A stretch of DNA of 32,728 bases. Source: Bacteroidia bacterium (GTDB lineage Bacteria > Bacteroidota > Bacteroidia > NS11-12g > UBA9320). The stretch covers positions 1 to 32,728 of the forward strand of contig JAQWZS010000230.1 in the NCBI GenBank assembly GCA_029253325.1, in the 5' to 3' direction. Within the stretch, counting starts at the first letter, position 1. Every line of letters begins with the position of its first letter. Both the position numbers and the translations under genes were made by a program. Below are positions 18,543 through 26,676 of this stretch, one piece after another. The notes under the pieces are model-generated. The model worked only from the letters and a program-made list of their open reading frames with translations. It did not search any database and was not told the DNA's origin.

Positions 18543-18553
18543 TTTAGAATTCT

Positions 18554-19888
18554 CTATAGTTCGATTCCTTCATCACTTTTCTCTGATGAATCTGGAAGTA
18601 TTGTTTCAGTTGTTGTAGAAGGTAGTTTTTCCACTTTTTTCAATTTGGACATCATCATTCTGGTTCGGGTGCCTACTAGGGTATCTAATTCTTTGTTTGC
18701 TTCATTAAGTTTTCTCTGAGCTTTATCCAGTACACCACCAAATTTCCCAAATTCTGTTTTTACAGCTCCTAAAATTTTCCAAACCTCACTACTTCGTTTT
18801 TGGATAGCAAGTGTCTTGAAGCCCATTTGAAGACTATTAAGCATGGCTGCTAGGGTAGTCGGGCCAGTAATAATGATTTTGTATTCTCGCTGCAATAAAG
18901 CTACCAAGTCTGGTTGACGTACTACTTCAGCAAACAAACCTTCTACAGGTAAAAACATAATACCAAAATCGGTAGTATTCGGTGGGTCGATGTATTTTTC
19001 CTGAATATCTCGAGCAAATTTTTTAATGCTTTGTACCAATGCTTTTTTAGACTCTAAAATTCCATCTTGATCGTTATTGTCATAAGCTTCTTGAAGCCTT
19101 ACATAGTTTTCTTGGGGAAATTTTGCATCCACTGGCAGATAGACCTCCTGACCATATTCGTCTTTGCCTGGCAGTTTGATCGCAAACTCTACATGATCAT
19201 TAGATCCTTGTTTGGTTTTAACATTGGCTTCATATTGTTCAGGTGCCATGATTTGTTCTAGGATATTGCCTAGTTGGATCTCTCCTAAAACTCCACGTGT
19301 TTTTACGTTGCCTAATACATTTTTTAAATCGCCAACGTCACTTGCTAGACTTTGCATTTCACCGAGTCCTTTTTGAACAGCCTCAAGTCGGTCACTTACA
19401 ATTTTAAATGATTGCCCCAGACGTTCTTCGAGTGTTTTATGAAGTTTTTCGTCTACGGTTTCTCGCATTTTTTCGAGTTTTTGTTCGGTCGATTTTACTA
19501 ATTCGTCTTGTTTTAGAGTCATCGAATCAAATTTCTCTTTTTGCAAATCATTGAATTCTTTGATATTTTGACTGAATCTTGTACTAAAATCTTTGAGTGA
19601 CTGATTGAGTTCCTGACGATTATCCTTAGCATTTTTATTCAATCCCTCACTAATTTGAGTTAGTTTGTCCTCTAATTTTTGGGTGAGTGTATTTAATGCG
19701 TCAGTAAGTTCTTTCCGATTTACCGTCAATGAAGAAGCTAACTCAATCCGATTTTCTTTCGATTCATTTTTTAATTCATTCCGAAATAGGTCAATTCCGT
19801 TAGAGTCTGTTTTTGAGTTGGTTTTAATCCATAGCAGAATCAGTAAGAATATGCAGATTGACGTAAATATGAGTTCAATTATTTCCAT
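18554..19888 (-). CDS. rmuC: DNA recombination protein RmuC
   Basis: N-terminal TM, long coiled coil, NVKTRGVLGE, VEFAIKLP, LPVDAKFP, TTDFGIMFLPVEGL, GPTTLAAMLNSLQMGF. Confidence 0.95.
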   Translation of the reverse strand: MEIIELIFTSICIFLLILLWIKTNSKTDSNGIDLFRNELKNESKENRIELASSLTVNRKELTDALNTLTQKLEDKLTQISEGLNKNAKDNRQELNQSLKDFSTRFSQNIKEFNDLQKEKFDSMTLKQDELVKSTEQKLEKMRETVDEKLHKTLEERLGQSFKIVSDRLEAVQKGLGEMQSLASDVGDLKNVLGNVKTRGVLGEIQLGNILEQIMAPEQYEANVKTKQGSNDHVEFAIKLPGKDEYGQEVYLPVDAKFPQENYVRLQEAYDNNDQDGILESKKALVQSIKKFARDIQEKYIDPPNTTDFGIMFLPVEGLFAEVVRQPDLVALLQREYKIIITGPTTLAAMLNSLQMGFKTLAIQKRSSEVWKILGAVKTEFGKFGGVLDKAQRKLNEANKELDTLVGTRTRMMMSKLKKVEKLPSTTTETILPDSSEKSDEGIEL

Positions 19889-19935
19889 GATAATTATTTT
19901 ATCAATTTATTAAAACATTAATTAACATAAATTAT

Positions 19936-20883
19936 TTAATTACTTGCAGCCCTTTTCAATCGATCATCAATCGCTCTTCCAATTCCCTCGATTTTGATCG
20001 GCTCAATTAGGATGCAGTCCGTAGAATCTTGATCGGCCAATCGCATCATGGCAAAGAGTTGGTTGGCAATTTCGCTCAAGTTGTAATCCTTGGATAAAAA
20101 GTAAGAATATTTAGTTGGGGAATTACTCTGCTTTTCATAATAAAGGATAGAGCAGAGTTGTGTTGGGTTTTCTTTTAAGTATTCAGATATAGAATCTACA
20201 ATATACAAGGGTTTTTGGGTAGCATAATGCTTTTTTAGTTGTCCTGGTGTTTGTACTGTTTTTTCGGTAGATACTGAAATTTTAAGTCCGGTTTGTTTTA
20301 AAATAACTTCTTGGGATATTCCACCTTCACGAAGAATTTGAACCCGACCATTCTCGATGGATATGATGGTACTTTCAATTCCAACTTGGCATCTGCCTCC
20401 ATCGAGTATATAATCAATTTGATTGCCAATTCCATTTTTAACATGGTCAGCAGATGTAGGACTTACTGTATTTGAAATGTTGGCACTGGGTGCTGCCAAT
20501 GGAAAATTAATACGGTTTAATAATTCAAGGGTAAGGGGATGATTGGGAACTCTAAGTACGACTTGAGAAGACCCTGCAGTTACAACATCGGGAACGATAT
20601 TATTTTTAGGCAACAAAATACTCAATGAGCCCGGCCAAAAATGCTGAGCTATTTTCTCAGCTTCAATTGGAAAATGGGTTACATATCGTTTTGCTGCTTC
20701 CCAATTGGGCACATGTAATATCAAGGGATTAAAACTGGGCCTATTCTTGATGCGATAGATTTCAGCTATTGCATTTGGATCTAGAGCATTAGCAGCTAAA
20801 CCATACACAGTTTCAGTAGGAATGGCTACGAGTTTACCTTGGCTAAGTAAGTTAGCAGCTTTGGTAACATCTCTACCAATCAT
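19936..20883 (-). CDS. sua5: Threonylcarbamoyl-AMP synthase Sua5 (TsaC2)
   Basis: PTETVYGL, KNRPSFNPLILH, FWPG, AAPSAN, GIESTI, linker PGQLKKHY and a C-terminal Sua5 domain (GIGRAIDDRLKRAA). Confidence 0.95.
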   Translation of the reverse strand: MIGRDVTKAANLLSQGKLVAIPTETVYGLAANALDPNAIAEIYRIKNRPSFNPLILHVPNWEAAKRYVTHFPIEAEKIAQHFWPGSLSILLPKNNIVPDVVTAGSSQVVLRVPNHPLTLELLNRINFPLAAPSANISNTVSPTSADHVKNGIGNQIDYILDGGRCQVGIESTIISIENGRVQILREGGISQEVILKQTGLKISVSTEKTVQTPGQLKKHYATQKPLYIVDSISEYLKENPTQLCSILYYEKQSNSPTKYSYFLSKDYNLSEIANQLFAMMRLADQDSTDCILIEPIKIEGIGRAIDDRLKRAASN

Positions 20884-22244
20884 GTATTATTATTTCGCTT
20901 GAGATCAAATTTGTCAATTTTGTTATACAAATGGCTTCGCTGAATATCAATTTCGGCGGATGTTTTGGCGACATTCCAATTGTTCTTTTTCAGTTTTGCA
21001 TCGATGAACATCTTCTCAGCGTAGTCTTTAAAATCTTGAAAACGACTAAATTCATTAATAGCATCAATGGTTCCTGGTTTTTTCTTGCCGTTATTGGCAT
21101 ACAACTGAATGTCTTCTTCTGAAATTTTATCATCACAAAGGATAACTAACCGTTCGACGATATTACGAAGCTCACGGATGTTACCACTCCAGTAGATGTT
21201 TTTGAGTCCCTGCATAGCACCCGCAGTGATTTGTTTTTTATTGATGCCATTATCTTGACAGATGTCTTCCATGAATTTTTCGGCAAGAATAGGAATGTCT
21301 TCTACACGCTCATTAAGGGTAGGAATATGGACTACAATAACTGATATACGGTGATAAAGGTCTTCCCTAAAATTACCATCATCAATTTCTTGCATCAGGT
21401 CTTTGTTGGTAGCTGCAATAATTCGAACATCTACTTCAATGTCTTTTTCGCCACCAACACGAGTTATTTTGTTTTCTTGAAGAGCTCTAAGAACCTTAGC
21501 TTGAGCAGCTAGACTCATATCACCAATTTCATCTAAAAATAGGGTGCCACCTGACGCTTTTTCGAACTTTCCTAGCTTTTGTTTAATTGCAGAAGTAAAA
21601 GAACCTTTTTCATGACCAAATAATTCACTTTCAATAAGTTCCCCAGGAATTGCTGCACAATTCACTTCAATAATGGGTTTATCTGCTCGGTTGCTTTTTT
21701 CATGCATCCATCGAGCAACCAATTCTTTACCAGTCCCATTTTCGCCGGTAATTAAAACTCTTGCATCAGTAGGAGCTACCTTTTCGATAGTCTTTTTAAT
21801 TTTTTTGATGCTAGGAGAATCACCCAATATTTCACGAGTTTTAGTAATTTGACGTTTTAAAACTTTGGTTTCGATAACCAAGTTGTTTTTATCTACCGCA
21901 TTTCTTACTGTGATTAATAGTTTGTTAAGATCTGGTGGTTTATTAATGAAATCAAAAGCTCCTTTTTTAGTAGCTTCAATGGCAGTTTCCATGGTGCCAT
22001 GTCCAGATATCATGATGAATGGAAGTTCCGGAGCTATTGATTTTGCTTTTTCGAGTACTTCAATGCCATCAAGTTTTGGCATTTTAATGTCCGATAAAAC
22101 AGCATCATAATTAAATTTTTTAATTAATGCGATTGCTTTTTCGCCATCTTTTGCCTCTTCAATTTCATATCCTTCGTACTCCAATATTTCACGGAGGGTT
22201 TCTCTGATGCTTTGTTCGTCATCTACAATTAGTATTCGTGCCAT
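20880..22244 (-). CDS. NtrC/NtrX-family sigma54-type response regulator (REC-AAA+-HTH)
   Basis: ILIVDDE, phospho-acceptor in SDIKMP, Walker A GENGTGKE, ELFGHEKGSFTSA, FLDEIGDM, FREDLYHR, WSGNIRELRN, Fis-type HTH; ATGA overlap with sua5. Confidence 0.93.
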   Translation of the reverse strand: MARILIVDDEQSIRETLREILEYEGYEIEEAKDGEKAIALIKKFNYDAVLSDIKMPKLDGIEVLEKAKSIAPELPFIMISGHGTMETAIEATKKGAFDFINKPPDLNKLLITVRNAVDKNNLVIETKVLKRQITKTREILGDSPSIKKIKKTIEKVAPTDARVLITGENGTGKELVARWMHEKSNRADKPIIEVNCAAIPGELIESELFGHEKGSFTSAIKQKLGKFEKASGGTLFLDEIGDMSLAAQAKVLRALQENKITRVGGEKDIEVDVRIIAATNKDLMQEIDDGNFREDLYHRISVIVVHIPTLNERVEDIPILAEKFMEDICQDNGINKKQITAGAMQGLKNIYWSGNIRELRNIVERLVILCDDKISEEDIQLYANNGKKKPGTIDAINEFSRFQDFKDYAEKMFIDAKLKKNNWNVAKTSAEIDIQRSHLYNKIDKFDLKRNNNT

Positions 22245-22276
22245 GTGGTTTTAAGTCTTAATTTTTTATTCAAAAG

Positions 22277-22637
22277 TGGCAAAACTATAAGCCGGGTTCT
22301 GTCTCTTCGCCTATGCGAATGAGCTTATCATTTATCTATGCAACCTACCCTCTACAGCGATCAGAAAACTGATACTAGGACGAGTAGCCCTAAGTCTGTA
22401 GTTTACTTGGTTTTACAACATGCAAGGTTTGTACCGAATGAATATTACTATTCAAGCGTGTGAGCTCTTACCTCACTTTTTCACCCTTATTCGCCTAAGC
22501 AAACGGTTATTTTCTGTTACACTTGCTGTTATCTCAGTTTCTCAACCAAGACACCCTTTGTTTCCAAAGGTGCATTACTCTGTGTTGCCCGGACTTTCCT
22601 CAGATATGAAACATACCCGCGATAAGCCGTTTTGCCA
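22277..22637 (-). ncRNA. rnpB: RNase P RNA (bacterial type A)
   Basis: Minus strand carries GAGGAAAGTCCGGGC, AGTGTAACAGAAA, GGTGAAA..GGTAAGAG and 3' ACAGAACCCGGCTTAT. The terminal P1 helix TGGCAAAAC/GTTTTGCCA defines the ends. Confidence 0.96.
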
Positions 22638-22640
22638 TTA

Positions 22641-22648
22641 CAAATGTA
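22641..22648 (-). promoter_or_regulatory. -7 promoter element for rnpB
   Basis: TACATTTG (TAnnTTTG) on the minus strand, 3 nt upstream of the P1 5' end. Confidence 0.75.
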
Positions 22649-22825
22649 TAGTTTTTTAAACGCTTATTTCACGCTAGGGTTATTCACGGAATATGAACAT
22701 GGTGATTCTTTAAGTTTAACAGGGATGTTGGTGCAGGTATCTAATCCACAACTACATAAAAACATGTTATTAAGATTGTATAGAACTAGACACACATTGG
22801 TTGTTTATTTGCAAGCATTAAGCGT

Positions 22826-24205
22826 ATGACGTTAATTAAATCAATATCGGGTATTCGTGGGACCATTGGAGGTACAGAGGATAATGCCTTGACTCCAATC
22901 GATATCGTAAAATATACAGCAGCTTATGCAGACTGTATTATTACTACTGAAAACAAAAAAGTTGTCGTGGGTAGAGATGCACGTATTTCTGGATTTATGG
23001 TCAATCAATTAGTGTGTGGAACATTGATTAGCAAAGGAATTGATGTAGTAGACTTAGACTTAAGTACTACACCAACGGTGGAGATGGCTGTTGTTAAAGA
23101 AAATGCAGCTGGTGGCATCATACTTACAGCAAGTCACAATCCAAAACAATGGAATGCACTGAAACTACTGAATAGCCAAGGTGAATTTATTTCAGAAGAA
23201 ATAGGTAATCAAATTATTAAGAAGGTTCAAGACGCTGATTTTGAGTTTAATGATGTTGATACACTGGGAAGCTACAAGTTAGAAAGTGGATATATCGATT
23301 GGCATATTGAGGAAATACTTAAATTATCATTGGTTGATAGCTCTGTTATTCGTAAGAAAAATTTTACCGTAGTGGTAGATGCAGTAAACTCTACAGGAGG
23401 AATAGCAGTACCCCAATTACTTAAAAAGTTGGGAGTAGCTAATGTGATCGAAATTTATTGTGATCCTACCGGGAAATTCCCGCATAATCCTGAACCTTTG
23501 CCAGAACATTTGACGGATTTATCTGCTGAAGTTGTTAGGAATAATGCAGATCTAGGAATAATTGTTGACCCAGATGTAGATCGTTTAGCCTTTGTAAATG
23601 AAAATGGTGATGTATTTGGAGAAGAATATACCCTGGTAGCCGTAGCAGATTATGTATTGAGTCAGAGCAAGGGAAATACAGTTTCTAATTTGTCCAGTAC
23701 CCGTGCTTTAAGAGATGTGACTGAAAAGCATGGCGGAATTTATCACGCTAGTGCAGTAGGAGAGGTCAATGTTGTGAAAATGATGAAAGAGACCAATGCC
23801 GTCATTGGTGGTGAAGGTAATGGTGGTATTATCCTACCAGAATTACATTATGGTAGAGATGCTCTTGTTGGAATTGCTTTGTTCTTGACTCATTTAGCTA
23901 AAAAAAATAGGCCCATTAGCCATCTTAAAGCTTCATATCCAAACTATATTATTAGTAAAAATAAGATTCAATTGACCTCTGAAATTGACGTTGATTTAAT
24001 TTTAGACCGTCTTAAAGAAAAATATAAAAATCAACCCATCAATACGGTGGATGGTGTTAAAATTGAGTTTGATATGGAATGGGTACACCTTCGTAAGTCA
24101 AACACCGAACCGATTATTAGAATATATGCTGAAGGTAACACTAAAAGTGTTGCTGATAGTTTGGTCAAAAAGATCAAATCTGATATTAAGGAACTCACTT
24201 CTTAG
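22826..24205 (+). CDS. glmM: Phosphoglucosamine mutase / phosphohexomutase
   Basis: SISGIRG, GRDAR, TASHNP (phosphoserine), metal loop DPDVDR, GGEGNGG, RKSNTEPIIRIYAE; PMM/PGM specificity cannot be excluded. Confidence 0.85.
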   Translation: MTLIKSISGIRGTIGGTEDNALTPIDIVKYTAAYADCIITTENKKVVVGRDARISGFMVNQLVCGTLISKGIDVVDLDLSTTPTVEMAVVKENAAGGIILTASHNPKQWNALKLLNSQGEFISEEIGNQIIKKVQDADFEFNDVDTLGSYKLESGYIDWHIEEILKLSLVDSSVIRKKNFTVVVDAVNSTGGIAVPQLLKKLGVANVIEIYCDPTGKFPHNPEPLPEHLTDLSAEVVRNNADLGIIVDPDVDRLAFVNENGDVFGEEYTLVAVADYVLSQSKGNTVSNLSSTRALRDVTEKHGGIYHASAVGEVNVVKMMKETNAVIGGEGNGGIILPELHYGRDALVGIALFLTHLAKKNRPISHLKASYPNYIISKNKIQLTSEIDVDLILDRLKEKYKNQPINTVDGVKIEFDMEWVHLRKSNTEPIIRIYAEGNTKSVADSLVKKIKSDIKELTS

Positions 24206-24211
24206 TTTTTC

Positions 24212-24240
24212 TTACTTATAGTTTTAAATACTATAAGTAA
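24212..24240. repeat. Perfect 11-bp inverted repeat between glmM and the lectin gene
   Basis: TTACTTATAGT-tttaaat-ACTATAAGTAA. Confidence 0.7.
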
Positions 24241-24251
24241 AAACTTATACT

Positions 24252-24259
24252 TATATTTG
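24252..24259 (+). promoter_or_regulatory. -7 promoter element for the lectin gene
   Basis: TATATTTG, 8 nt before the TTG start. Confidence 0.55.
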
Positions 24260-24267
24260 TTGCTAGC

Positions 24268-26322
24268 TTGTTAGTTTTTAAAAAAAATCAATTATTGTTT
24301 TTAAGTTTTTTAATGCTTATGTCATTAAAAACAATTTATGGCCAATCTTATTTTGCTAACGGAAATGCTAGGGCTTTAGGAGGAAATTGTTATCAATTGA
24401 CAGGTGCTCTCGATTGGCAATTAGGTTCTGTTTGGTATGCTGATCCAATTGATTTATCTAAGGATTTTGATTTGGAGTTTTATTTAAATTTTGGTGATAA
24501 AGATGATACTGGTGCTGATGGTATTGTATTTGTCATGCAGGATGTAAGTAATAAAGCAATTGGAAAAGCAGGTGGTGGGCTAGGATTTGAAGGTTTTTTA
24601 CCAAGTTTTGGTATTGAGTTTGATGATTTTAACAATCTAGATAAAGGTGATTTGGTTAGTGATCACATAGCCATTTTAAAAAATGGGAGTGTCGATCATA
24701 ATAGTTCGAATAGTATTAGTGCTCCTGTGCCTGCACTTCCTGGAGCAGTTAATATTGAGGATGGGCAAGATCATTTGGTTCGAATAGTATGGATTGAAAA
24801 TACCAAAGAATTACAGGTTTGGTTTGATTGTAATCTTCGACAACAAATCACCTACGATATTCAAAAAAATATTTTTAATGGAGATAATTTGGTTTATTGG
24901 GGTTTTACATCTTCTACAGGAGGATTAAATAATCGTCAAACGGTTTGTTTACGTGATGATATATTGGTTGATGATACCATGACATTATGTAAAGGAGAAT
25001 CCATCTTATTGAATGCACGTGATAGTAAAGATGATCAATATACCTGGACGCCAAATCTATATTTAAATGATAATTCTATACGAACACCTTCTTGTTCAAC
25101 TACTCAACCTATAACTTATTATGTAGAATATAAAGACTTATGTGACAATGTTTTCAAGGATACCTTACATGTGGAAGTAGACGAACCATTCAATTTAGAT
25201 GATGCAAAGGATACATTGTTGTGTAATGGTTTAGGGTATTCATTTGATTTTACATTAAATTATGATTCTATTCGTTGGAATAGTGGTTCTCGAAGTAAAA
25301 AAATAACATGGTTTACAGAAGGGGAGTATTCTTTAAGAGCATGGCAAGGAGTATGTTATGATGATGATACCTTTAATATTACAACAAGTGTTAGTCCAGT
25401 AATTACAATTACAGGTGATAGTGTATTCTGTCAGGGTGATTCTACACTAATAAACCTTGAAATTATCCCAAGTGATGCCGTTTATTATTGGGAGGACGGA
25501 TTGTCAAGTTTGTCTCGTTACTTTAGTTCATCGGATGACATTCTTGTAGTGGCTAAGAATGGTTGTGATTCAGTGTCTCAAAACTATTCAACTCGTGAAA
25601 TTATTTTGGAAGAATTATCTCTTGGAAATGATACATTTCTTTGTATGGGAGATACACTTACGATTGGGCCAAAGTCGTTAAACTCAGTCGACTATGCCTG
25701 GAGTACTGGTAGTAGCCTATCGAGAATAGATTTAACAGAAGCAGGGACTTACACTCTTGAAATTAGTAAAGAAAACAAATGTTATGACTCAGATACTATT
25801 TTAGTAAGTGACTTGGAGGTTCCACTATTGGATAATATAGATGATATTCTTTTATGTAAAAGTGAGAAAATAGAGTTATCTATACCTAATTCGAATGGTC
25901 AAGTAATATGGAATAATCAAGAAATAGGAGAGTCTTATATCTTGGAAAATATTGATGGAAAGGTTGATGTTAAGATGACTAATTTATGTGGAGAGGATAG
26001 TTTATCATTTGATGTAAGCTTAATTGATTGTTATTGTAATCTGTTTTATCCTAATGCATTTACACCAAATGATGACAACCTGAATGATTTTTTTAGACCA
26101 ACACCAGATTGTCCAAAACTTTTTGAGTTTAAATTACAAGTATATAATCGTTGGGGGGAGCTTATTTTTGAAACGACAGACATAAACGAATCTTGGGATG
26201 GTACTTACCAGAATAAGAGATGTCAAGATGGAGTATATTTTTGGACTTCAAACTGGAAGGGTGTACTAAATGGAATTTCACAAGTACAATCATCTAAAGG
26301 TGTTGTCCATTTAATGAGATAA
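24268..26322 (+). CDS. L-type (legume) lectin domain protein with Cys-containing beta repeats and type-B T9SS CTD
   Basis: GADGIVFVMQ, GGGLGF, IEFDDF, NIEDGQDH, YWGFTSSTGG (lectin); repeated D-T-x-(L/F)-C-x-G-(D/E); C-terminal YPNAFTPNDDNLNDFF...YNRWGE...WDG...GVYFW. Confidence 0.88.
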   Translation: MLVFKKNQLLFLSFLMLMSLKTIYGQSYFANGNARALGGNCYQLTGALDWQLGSVWYADPIDLSKDFDLEFYLNFGDKDDTGADGIVFVMQDVSNKAIGKAGGGLGFEGFLPSFGIEFDDFNNLDKGDLVSDHIAILKNGSVDHNSSNSISAPVPALPGAVNIEDGQDHLVRIVWIENTKELQVWFDCNLRQQITYDIQKNIFNGDNLVYWGFTSSTGGLNNRQTVCLRDDILVDDTMTLCKGESILLNARDSKDDQYTWTPNLYLNDNSIRTPSCSTTQPITYYVEYKDLCDNVFKDTLHVEVDEPFNLDDAKDTLLCNGLGYSFDFTLNYDSIRWNSGSRSKKITWFTEGEYSLRAWQGVCYDDDTFNITTSVSPVITITGDSVFCQGDSTLINLEIIPSDAVYYWEDGLSSLSRYFSSSDDILVVAKNGCDSVSQNYSTREIILEELSLGNDTFLCMGDTLTIGPKSLNSVDYAWSTGSSLSRIDLTEAGTYTLEISKENKCYDSDTILVSDLEVPLLDNIDDILLCKSEKIELSIPNSNGQVIWNNQEIGESYILENIDGKVDVKMTNLCGEDSLSFDVSLIDCYCNLFYPNAFTPNDDNLNDFFRPTPDCPKLFEFKLQVYNRWGELIFETTDINESWDGTYQNKRCQDGVYFWTSNWKGVLNGISQVQSSKGVVHLMR

Positions 26323-26358
26323 AAAAAAGTCCCTCACAAACGTGAGAGACTTTTTTTT
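26321..26358. terminator. Bidirectional intrinsic terminator
   Basis: A8-GTCCCTCAC-aaac-GTGAGAGAC-T8 (one mismatch) between convergent genes. Confidence 0.85.
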
Positions 26359-26376
26359 ATAGATTAGAGAAAATAA

Positions 26377-26628
26377 TTACTCCTCTGTTTTTACTTCTTG
26401 TACTTCTTCTTTAACAACTTCCTTTTTAGGAGCAGCTTTCTTTGCTTTTGCAGGTTTTGTGTTCATTGATGATAAAACTTCCATCACTCCACCAACAACT
26501 ACACCAGATTCCTCCTTGTTAGGAGATTCTACAGTAGATTTACTTATTAATCTCTTGATAGTTGCAACCCTAACCTTAGCTACAGTTTTGTTTTTTCTAC
26601 CTTTTCTTTCTAATCGTGTTACTCCCAT
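26377..26628 (-). CDS. Small basic hypothetical protein (83 aa)
   Basis: MGVTRLERKGRKNKTVAKVRVATIKRL... with a K/A/E-rich tail. ATG at 26628 is preferred because the track's TTG start (26646) falls inside the TACATTTG promoter element. Confidence 0.8.
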   Translation of the reverse strand: MGVTRLERKGRKNKTVAKVRVATIKRLISKSTVESPNKEESGVVVGGVMEVLSSMNTKPAKAKKAAPKKEVVKEEVQEVKTEE

Positions 26629-26643
26629 TGCTAAAAATTTGTG

Positions 26644-26651
26644 CAAATGTA
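26644..26651 (-). promoter_or_regulatory. -7 promoter element for the small basic protein gene
   Basis: TACATTTG, identical to the rnpB -7 element, 15 nt upstream of the ATG. Confidence 0.65.
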
Positions 26652-26676
26652 ATACTTTTACAATTGATAATTAATC

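Noticed and set aside
18480-18560. attR (tRNA-Pro 3' duplication) or integrase remnant at the PUL right end
   Set aside because: No copy of the TTCGAATCCTGCCACCCCG end and no recombinase fragment seen, so no mobile element is annotated
19067-22110. Short plus-strand ORFs at 19067, 19665, 20931 and 21865
   Set aside because: Antisense to rmuC or the response regulator, with no independent evidence
22420-22829. 79-aa and 65-aa plus-strand ORFs
   Set aside because: Antisense to rnpB or spanning the divergent promoter region; no protein-like features
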